Translations under genes and position numbers: made by a program
Assembly (NCBI GenBank): GCA_014382125.1
Contig: JACNKI010000130.1
Location: 1 to 40,000, forward strand
DNA from: Bacteroidota bacterium
GTDB taxonomy: Bacteria; Bacteroidota; Bacteroidia; Bacteroidales; FEN-979
Direction: 5' to 3'
Length of the DNA stretch: 40,000 nt
Shown here: positions 34,749-40,000 of the stretch, piece after piece
How positions within the stretch are numbered: position 1 is the first letter of the stretch
Layout: every line of letters begins with the position of its first letter
The notes under the pieces: model-generated
What the model saw: the letters and a program-made list of their open reading frames with translations, nothing else
Told to the model about the DNA's origin: nothing
The model's database searches: none

Positions 34749-34990
34749 GGGTGATAATCTAAATAAATGTCATCGAGTTTTACTTCATGGATATTTCTTT
34801 CTTTGAGAAGGGCCAATGCGATTTCAAGTTTTGTTCTTTTGTCTGATGAGTTTGCCTCTTTTGCTTTTTTGGCCTCTCTGAAGGCATCGATAATATCAGA
34901 ATGGATTTCCTTGTCATATCTTATTGTATGAACGGTAGTGATTATTCGTTGTAAATTATTCGATGATATGAGATTAATTAGTTTTGCCAT
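34745..34990 (-). CDS. small RHH-like regulator candidate (81 aa from ATG 34990)
   Basis: The track start at 35029 is TTG and falls inside an inverted repeat. An ATG is present at 34990. The N-terminal QRIITTVHTIRYDKEIHSDIIDAF has a strand-helix pattern like ribbon-helix-helix proteins. Confidence 0.45.
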   Translation of the reverse strand: MAKLINLISSNNLQRIITTVHTIRYDKEIHSDIIDAFREAKKAKEANSSDKRTKLEIALALLKERNIHEVKLDDIYLDYHP

Positions 34991-35015
34991 TTTTGTTAAT
35001 ATAGTGCCATATAAC

Positions 35016-35065
35016 GAATGATCACCCAAAGTAAGGGTGTGAGACCTTTCAGTGAGTGATCATTC
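35016..35065. promoter_or_regulatory. 10-bp perfect inverted repeat (GAATGATCAC ... GTGATCATTC), operator or RNA hairpin candidate
   Basis: The arms lie at 35016-35025 and 35056-35065, separated by a 30-nt spacer with an inner AAGG/CCTT pairing. Each arm contains the palindrome TGATCA. The repeat sits in the only sizeable intergenic gap of the - operon (34991-35095). No T-tract follows it. Confidence 0.35.
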
Positions 35066-35095
35066 AACCTGTCCTAAGGGGTATCGTAAATATGG

Positions 35096-35992
35096 CTAAT
35101 TCTCCAACTTGAACTTGTTGATCAGATAATCCGACAAAGTTACGTTATTCGGAACAATTAATGGAATATCTGTTTCGCCCGGTTTATGGAATTGTGTTCC
35201 CATATTATATAGCTTCCAGAGATTGTTCACATTTTCCGGATTCTCACGGAAATCACGGACATATCGTTCAGTAAATTTGGTGATCTGGGTTTGGCTCAAA
35301 GCATAGTGTTTCTCTGTACGTAGAATATCTTTACCAATACGCAGGACACTCATTTCTCCTATGATCTCGCATGCTTTCTGGTAATTGACTGATGTCTCTT
35401 TCATTCGTTTGATGATTTTTAAGTCCCTTGCACGTTTCAGTTCATGTTCTGCGACCCAATCACCGACGACCTCAATCATCTTTGTAATGTTCGGAATCTT
35501 GTTGTATTCTTCTCCATATGTGGACATGACATTTTTAATCCCATAGATAGACATGTTCTTGCAAAGTTTGATGTGTTGTCCGTAAGAGATCTGTATACCT
35601 CTCTGGTGGAACGAGATACCTACGGATCCAACGGATTCTTTTGATGCACCCTGTTTAAGATGGATAGAACCGATGATACGCCTTAGCAGCCACGACTGAA
35701 GAGATTTTTCTCCAAAGTCTTTTTCCATATAAGGAAGACGTGAAGCTCCACGGAAAGATTTCTCACCACCATCAGAGGCATAGATTTTCTGAACATCATA
35801 CTGGACATTCATACTTGTCATCTTTGCAATGATCATTCCAAATAGTTCATGGTGTTCTACACCAAATATCGGCTTATTACCGGAATTTCTCTCACTTGCT
35901 GTTTGTTCAAGTTCGTCTAATGTCAATACTTCTACCGGATTTGCTTTAAAATCCAGAACTTTTTTAATTGTTTTTTTGGGTTTGCTTGTCAT
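35096..35992 (-). CDS. DUF932-like phage/plasmid protein (tentative)
   Basis: The ORF is 298 aa. The core VGISFHQRGIQISYGQHIKLCKNMSIYG resembles the DUF932 pattern (l.NShDgs.a..i..G....vC.Ngm). Confidence 0.4.
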   Translation of the reverse strand: MTSKPKKTIKKVLDFKANPVEVLTLDELEQTASERNSGNKPIFGVEHHELFGMIIAKMTSMNVQYDVQKIYASDGGEKSFRGASRLPYMEKDFGEKSLQSWLLRRIIGSIHLKQGASKESVGSVGISFHQRGIQISYGQHIKLCKNMSIYGIKNVMSTYGEEYNKIPNITKMIEVVGDWVAEHELKRARDLKIIKRMKETSVNYQKACEIIGEMSVLRIGKDILRTEKHYALSQTQITKFTERYVRDFRENPENVNNLWKLYNMGTQFHKPGETDIPLIVPNNVTLSDYLINKFKLEN

Positions 35993-36014
35993 AATGATTG
36001 TTTTATTTTAATTG

Positions 36015-37022
36015 TCATACCATTCTTGGTTTTCTATGATGTTCACATGTTGTCACCGGACAGTAATCACACTGGCTGCTTTTCTTTTTGGGCCAACCAT
36101 GGAGTTCTTCCAGTAATATTTGATTTATCGTTCCACGGATCGCCTGTAATAAGCTCCTTCTTCTCTCCTTTGCTATTACACATGATACAGGATCAGAATT
36201 ATCAATATCCGTATTTAACGGATAGATTTTGTATCCAGGATTTGTTGCCGGATAGTCAAAGACAAGGTAGATGAACGGCATCCCGAACAGCCAGGCATAT
36301 AATATCCCTTGCAGATGATCCATGTCTTCGGGGGATCCCCAGCAGAACTTACCGAATTTTGATTTGATATTGCCTGTCAGTTTCAGATCTATTACTGCCG
36401 AAGGGAATTTCCATTCGCCATGGTGGAACTGGGAGATAATATCCGCAGTGGCCTCAATCCAGATTATGATATCAGAATGGGCATCGGGATAATCCGGATC
36501 AATCCATTTGACTTTATGATAATACTGAAGGTTCCCACCGTCTTCGAGAAGGATAATATCCGTTGTTTTGCATACAACATGGAATCGTTTCACAGCCTGT
36601 TTTATCCTTATCTGGTCGATCTTCATATCACCATTGCTTTTCCTTTGAAGATCATAGATCGCTTCACCATCTGCACCGGCTCCGATACAAAGGGTTTCAA
36701 AATAACGCCCTTTCATCATCGCTTCGGTAGGCTGCATCTTGAATAAGGCAAGGAGTTCAGCCTGATATATTCTCCATGGACAAGGCAAAAGCTCAATCTG
36801 ATGGATCACTTCCGGTACTAATGTTTCGCTATAATGACGATAAAATTGCTTTATCAGGGATTGAGAGATAAACAATTCAACAATTTTTCCGGTCTTATCC
36901 AGAACGATTTTTGGTTTTCTCGGTGGATCAATTATAATGTTTCCTTTTATCTGCGGATCCAAAGGGGTGCCATTAATAACGTGATCACCTATCATAGCAA
37001 ATTCGTTATACCATTTGAACAT
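36015..37022 (-). CDS. Cas4/RecB-family PD-(D/E)xK exonuclease with 4-Cys (Fe-S type) cluster
   Basis: Residue numbers follow the 338-aa track ORF. The motifs are GRYFETL, TADII (D197), IDLK (D215/K217, nt 36381-36389) and QGILY (Q241/Y245). The Cys residues are C84 plus C321-x2-C324-x4-C329 (nt 36045-36071). The track start at 37031 is TTG, and an ATG is present at 37022. Confidence 0.75.
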   Translation of the reverse strand: MFKWYNEFAMIGDHVINGTPLDPQIKGNIIIDPPRKPKIVLDKTGKIVELFISQSLIKQFYRHYSETLVPEVIHQIELLPCPWRIYQAELLALFKMQPTEAMMKGRYFETLCIGAGADGEAIYDLQRKSNGDMKIDQIRIKQAVKRFHVVCKTTDIILLEDGGNLQYYHKVKWIDPDYPDAHSDIIIWIEATADIISQFHHGEWKFPSAVIDLKLTGNIKSKFGKFCWGSPEDMDHLQGILYAWLFGMPFIYLVFDYPATNPGYKIYPLNTDIDNSDPVSCVIAKERRRSLLQAIRGTINQILLEELHGWPKKKSSQCDYCPVTTCEHHRKPRMV

Positions 37023-37659
37023 CAGTTCCAATGTTTTTTACCGCATCGAGATATTTCTCTGCGATATCAATGAAATCTTTGGTTGTCACATTCTCTTTGT
37101 CTCCTATAAAATCTTTCCACTGGACTGAACGTACAGCATGCTCTACGGCATACCACCGTCTTGAACAGATATCCCTGTCAAAGCCGTCTTTTACGATCCA
37201 GTTATAAAATCCTCTTGCAACGGATATAACATGATCCTGGTCAACTTCATTCCTTCCGAGCATTTCATAGGATGTAATGACATGGCTCAATGCTGTTGAC
37301 ATAGCTATTCCTTTTACAACATCAGGAGAATTATACGTGCTTTTGCTTTTGGAATATTGTTGTGGTGGTGGTTGATCACTCTGCGGTTGTTGTGATTGCT
37401 CCGGAGAACCATTACCGTCTTCGATGATATTAAATTTCTTGAATCTGTGTCCGTCTTCTTCATCGGCTGTGGCTGTGAATGAAACTTTGTCACCGACACC
37501 AAACCGAAAAGTTGACTTCTTTGCGAATGCTACTCCTTCCATATCAGGAAAGGTCACTACGAACTTCCACATCTTCGCCCCGCCTTGCGGAGTATACGTT
37601 TCATGTTGTCCGTTGTCATCCAGTTTGTTCTTGATGTTCTGTATTACTGCTATTGCCAT
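37006..37659 (-). CDS. hypothetical two-domain protein with Q/P-rich linker (possible ssDNA-binding or annealing partner of the nuclease)
   Basis: The ORF is 217 aa with an ATG start. An N-terminal beta-rich region of about 85 aa is followed by a QSQQPQSDQPPPQQ linker and a helical C-terminal domain. The function is inferred only from adjacency to the Cas4-like nuclease. Confidence 0.6.
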   Translation of the reverse strand: MAIAVIQNIKNKLDDNGQHETYTPQGGAKMWKFVVTFPDMEGVAFAKKSTFRFGVGDKVSFTATADEEDGHRFKKFNIIEDGNGSPEQSQQPQSDQPPPQQYSKSKSTYNSPDVVKGIAMSTALSHVITSYEMLGRNEVDQDHVISVARGFYNWIVKDGFDRDICSRRWYAVEHAVRSVQWKDFIGDKENVTTKDFIDIAEKYLDAVKNIGTDVQMV

Positions 37660-37906
37660 CTTTGATTAATTTAGTTATGTTTAAAATGCTCTTTTTCATT
37701 TCATTCAAAGCATCGTTGAAATCGGATAAAGCGACTTCCATTGTGATCATCATATTCAACAGTTGGTATGAATTTTCACGAAGAGCTTTATCTTTATGGT
37801 CAAGGCTTTGAATATAATCTCTGTATTGTGCTACCTCTCTTTCGAGGCCATCGATCACTCTCTCGTCCGGAGAAATGTTCTCTAATTCTTTCTTATTCTG
37901 GCCCAT
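37616..37906 (-). CDS. hypothetical coiled-coil protein (96 aa)
   Basis: The ORF has an ATG start. It overlaps the downstream gene by 44 nt. Confidence 0.55.
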   Translation of the reverse strand: MGQNKKELENISPDERVIDGLEREVAQYRDYIQSLDHKDKALRENSYQLLNMMITMEVALSDFNDALNEMKKSILNITKLIKDGNSSNTEHQEQTG

Positions 37907-38057
37907 TACGCAAGTGTGGGAATTTGGTTAAAAACTCTTCTTCCGTACAAATGGCCTCATAAGAGTTGCCGTGGTAGTTAAAGAAAACCGAATTAGGTTG
38001 ATCTGCATTGGTCATATATGACTTTATATGATCCTTTTCAGACTCTTTGATTTTCAT
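37893..38057 (-). CDS. hypothetical small protein (54 aa from ATG 38057)
   Basis: The track ORF extends to 38219, but that extension overlaps the 132-aa gene by 146 nt and is low-complexity. The ATG at 38057 (MKIKESEKD...) lies 16 nt after the upstream stop. Confidence 0.5.
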   Translation of the reverse strand: MKIKESEKDHIKSYMTNADQPNSVFFNYHGNSYEAICTEEEFLTKFPHLRNGPE

Positions 38058-38073
38058 TACCCAGGTTCCTTTT

Positions 38074-38472
38074 TTATTCTTTAGGTTCGATTTGACTTTC
38101 AGGATTATCATCTTGTGGTTCTGTTTTAGGTTTTTCAAATTCAGCGAGAAATTCAACATGAAGCTCACTTGCTTTTTTCTTTGCTGCCACAGTAAGATTA
38201 CTTTCAGCAATCTGGGCAAAGAACATATTTACAACATCCAGGCGTGTTTCACGTTTTACGGTTTCAACTTCCATGGCCTGGTGTCCGAGTTCTTTAAGAA
38301 GACCGTTTTGATTACGCTGTTGAGTGTAATAGTCATTTTCGATCTTTAACCGTTTTGTATTCTCTATAAGAGTTGCACGATAAACGTTGAGTATCGTTTT
38401 GAAAAACTCACCTTCCGGCATACCGGAGAATTCGATGATATCTTTAAGGTTCTTTCTTACATTTTTTCCCAT
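38074..38472 (-). CDS. hypothetical protein (132 aa)
   Basis: The ORF has an ATG start. The body is helical, with a P/E/Q-rich disordered tail. Confidence 0.65.
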   Translation of the reverse strand: MGKNVRKNLKDIIEFSGMPEGEFFKTILNVYRATLIENTKRLKIENDYYTQQRNQNGLLKELGHQAMEVETVKRETRLDVVNMFFAQIAESNLTVAAKKKASELHVEFLAEFEKPKTEPQDDNPESQIEPKE

Positions 38473-38485
38473 ATTTCAGATATGT

Positions 38486-38749
38486 TTAAGGTTTTTGATT
38501 ATTTTCTGGTTCTTCCGAAGGCGGAATCTCGGTACGATACTCTGCTTTTTGATCATTTATAGATCTTTTCTTCGGTTTTGTTTTTGGTTTGATCTTTTTT
38601 GCCGGATCAAAGCTGTCCAGTTTTTCTTCCAATAGGATAAGCCTTTTCGATAAAACGAATCCTTCTTTAAATACTTCTGCAAGGATATCCTTACAAAGAG
38701 TCAGTATTTCCTTGTTTAAAGATAATAATAATTCTTCATTTTCAGTCAT
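38486..38749 (-). CDS. hypothetical protein (87 aa)
   Basis: The ATG lies in an ATGA overlap with the upstream stop (38746-38749). The tail is K/P-rich. Confidence 0.6.
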   Translation of the reverse strand: MTENEELLLSLNKEILTLCKDILAEVFKEGFVLSKRLILLEEKLDSFDPAKKIKPKTKPKKRSINDQKAEYRTEIPPSEEPENNQKP

Positions 38750-39117
38750 TTTTTCTTCATTATTTTATTAATATTTGTAACTTTTAATTCATCAGGAAAA
38801 AGACGTAGATCAACGAATTTTTTATCACGGTTTATCCCAAGTCTTCCGATATTTTTCAGATGATCGATATATATCGTTTGAAGCATGTTGATCGTTATCT
38901 TATCAACCCTTGAATGTCTTTCCATCACCTCTTTATTCATCCAGATAACCCGGACGGATACAATATCATGCTGATTCACCAGGTAACGTTTCGCTTCGTT
39001 GATATCGTCTTTATTATGGAGTGTTTTCATCGGATAGAGTTCAAATGATGCTCCATCCACATTTGCCAGCCACCATCCATAGATGATTGGATTTGTGGTT
39101 TGTGTTACATCAATCAT
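38746..39117 (-). CDS. hypothetical protein (123 aa)
   Basis: The ATG lies in an ATGA overlap with the upstream mini-ORF stop (39114-39117). Confidence 0.65.
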   Translation of the reverse strand: MIDVTQTTNPIIYGWWLANVDGASFELYPMKTLHNKDDINEAKRYLVNQHDIVSVRVIWMNKEVMERHSRVDKITINMLQTIYIDHLKNIGRLGINRDKKFVDLRLFPDELKVTNINKIMKKK

Positions 39118-39289
39118 ATTGTAATTTCTATAACTTTACAATTTTCTTCACATTTTTCACACCAAGTATTATCATATACAGAGTGTAGTATCCAATTTTG
39201 CGTCTCAACACTCCATTCCGCCCAAGCATCTTTCATCACATCATCGGAGCCACATTTGGCACAAATAATTTGAATTTTTTCATCAGCCA
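39114..39289 (-). pseudogene. zinc-ribbon mini-gene split by a frame change (17-aa + 40-aa parts)
   Basis: Part 1 (39289 down to 39236) encodes MADEKIQIICAKCGSDV. Part 2 (39236 down to 39114) encodes MKDAWAEWSVETQNWILHSVYDNTWCEKCEENCKVIEITI. One CxxC pair lies in each part. The total span is 176 nt, which is not a multiple of 3. The junction reads GTGTGATGA. Confidence 0.4.
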
Positions 39290-39360
39290 TCTGTTTGTTT
39301 TTTTAATTCATTGATAAATTCATAAGGTATTATTACATCTTAGGCAATTCGTTATTATTT

Positions 39361-39597
39361 TCATTTGTTTTCTTGTTCAAGCAGTTCGTCTGCTATTTCG
39401 TAACAACGTTTGACTAATTCCTTCTGGTTGGCGACAAATATGGTGTCTTGTGTCGCACCTTGTGCTATCATTACTGCTGTCCAATAACGTTTAGATACAC
39501 CTTTATATGTAACATTATGCTTGATATCATTTCTTCCCATATAGCCAGGTTCATTACTTGTTATCGGGAAAGCTGGTTTTTGCCCTAATTTACTCAT
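39361..39597 (-). CDS. hypothetical protein (78 aa)
   Basis: The ATG lies in an ATGA overlap with the upstream stop (39594-39597). The protein contains GQKPAFP...YWTAVMIAQG. Confidence 0.65.
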   Translation of the reverse strand: MSKLGQKPAFPITSNEPGYMGRNDIKHNVTYKGVSKRYWTAVMIAQGATQDTIFVANQKELVKRCYEIADELLEQENK

Positions 39598-39800
39598 TCT
39601 TCTTTTCCTTTCTCTGGTACATGTTCAACGGCTCCCCACTTTTCTAATAATGGATCAACATCATCGTTAATAGAATATCCTTTATCAAGCAAAACGGTTG
39701 CATTATGAAGTTGTTCTCTTGCAATCCCTTGTGCGAAGGATAGATTTTGCTGAAGGTTGTAATCAGCGTTCTGTAAGCATTCTAAAATTGTTATAGGCAT
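39594..39800 (-). CDS. hypothetical protein (68 aa)
   Basis: The ORF has an ATG start, 6 nt after the stop of the partial upstream ORF. Confidence 0.6.
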   Translation of the reverse strand: MPITILECLQNADYNLQQNLSFAQGIAREQLHNATVLLDKGYSINDDVDPLLEKWGAVEHVPEKGKEE

Positions 39801-39806
39801 AGTTGT

Positions 39807-40000
39807 TTAAATTAAGTATTCATTAAATGATTCTGATTCTTTTAATAACCTGATCATCTCCTGCGGAGATTGATGATCTGAATGGAATTTTATATCAACG
39901 TTTCTCGCCTGAACCAACTTCTGCATCCGATACATCGACTCTTCAACATCGGTAAAATTGTATGGATATGGTACCCGGTGGTCTTCTTTGACTCTTCGTT
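39807..40000 (-). CDS. hypothetical protein, 5'-truncated by window edge
   Basis: Manual translation of the - strand from 39998 gives RRVKEDHRVPYPYNFTDVEESMYRMQKLVQARNVDIKFHSDHQSPQEMIRLLKESESFNEYLI, followed by a stop (TAA at 39807-39809). The frame is open to the window edge. Confidence 0.5.
   Translation of the reverse strand, partial: RRVKEDHRVPYPYNFTDVEESMYRMQKLVQARNVDIKFHSDHQSPQEMIRLLKESESFNEYLI

Noticed and set aside
38058-38219. The N-terminal extension of track ORF 37893-38219.
   Set aside because: The extension overlaps the 132-aa gene by 146 nt in another frame and is a low-complexity K/L/N repeat. An internal ATG at 38057 gives a compact 54-aa gene instead.
1-40000. Stop-codon reassignment (TAG or TGA recoding), as reported in some crAss-like lineages.
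   Set aside because: Recoding would fragment ORFs under the standard code. Here the late genes, including the 20-kb ORF, are intact and genes end cleanly at TAA, TAG or TGA next to the following start.
1-40000. tRNA genes, CRISPR arrays, integrase or transposase, and terminal or tandem DNA repeats.
   Set aside because: Non-coding gaps are too short (about 105 nt at most) and show no cloverleaf-compatible pairing or repeat-spacer periodicity. No recombinase motifs were seen. The only nucleotide repeats are codon-level (CAA and GAT runs encoding poly-Q and poly-D).

Overview
The window reads as part of a crAss-like (Crassvirales-type) tailed phage genome, probably from a Bacteroidota host. Supporting this, gene starts lack Shine-Dalgarno motifs and there is one TAnnTTTG-type promoter-like box. 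Two tightly packed, convergent gene blocks meet at a GC hairpin at about 29.84 kb.

The + strand (nt 1-29813) carries virion, tail and ejection genes. It is dominated by one uninterrupted ORF of 6,789 codons (20.4 kb, about 51% of the window). In that single polypeptide I can read directly:
- Gly-rich hydrophobic segments.
- A long charged helical region.
- An SF1 (RecD/TraA-like) P-loop helicase motif set, followed by a weak nuclease-like motif set.
- Two paralogous HEAxH zincin-like modules.
- A double-psi-beta-barrel RNA polymerase catalytic loop (VFFVRIPTT...DGSDWDADQLNV), the hallmark of crAss-like virion RNA polymerases.
- A C-terminal cluster of transmembrane-like helices.

This giant polyvalent protein is the most unusual object in the window.

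The - strand (29879-40000) holds about 27 small genes chained by ATGA start/stop overlaps. It includes:
- A RuvC-like resolvase.
- A Cas4/RecB-like PD-(D/E)xK nuclease with a 4-Cys cluster.
- A DUF932-like protein.
- A DUF5131 (Gp37/Gp68) radical-SAM-like protein in a small cassette with zinc-ribbon mini-genes.
- Winged-helix and RHH-like regulators next to a 10-bp inverted repeat.

Several ORF-track starts are non-ATG over-extensions and I have trimmed them. Three zinc-ribbon ORFs under 60 aa are absent from the track. I saw no rRNA, tRNA, CRISPR array, integrase or transposase. All functional calls rest on motifs read by eye; no database search was possible.
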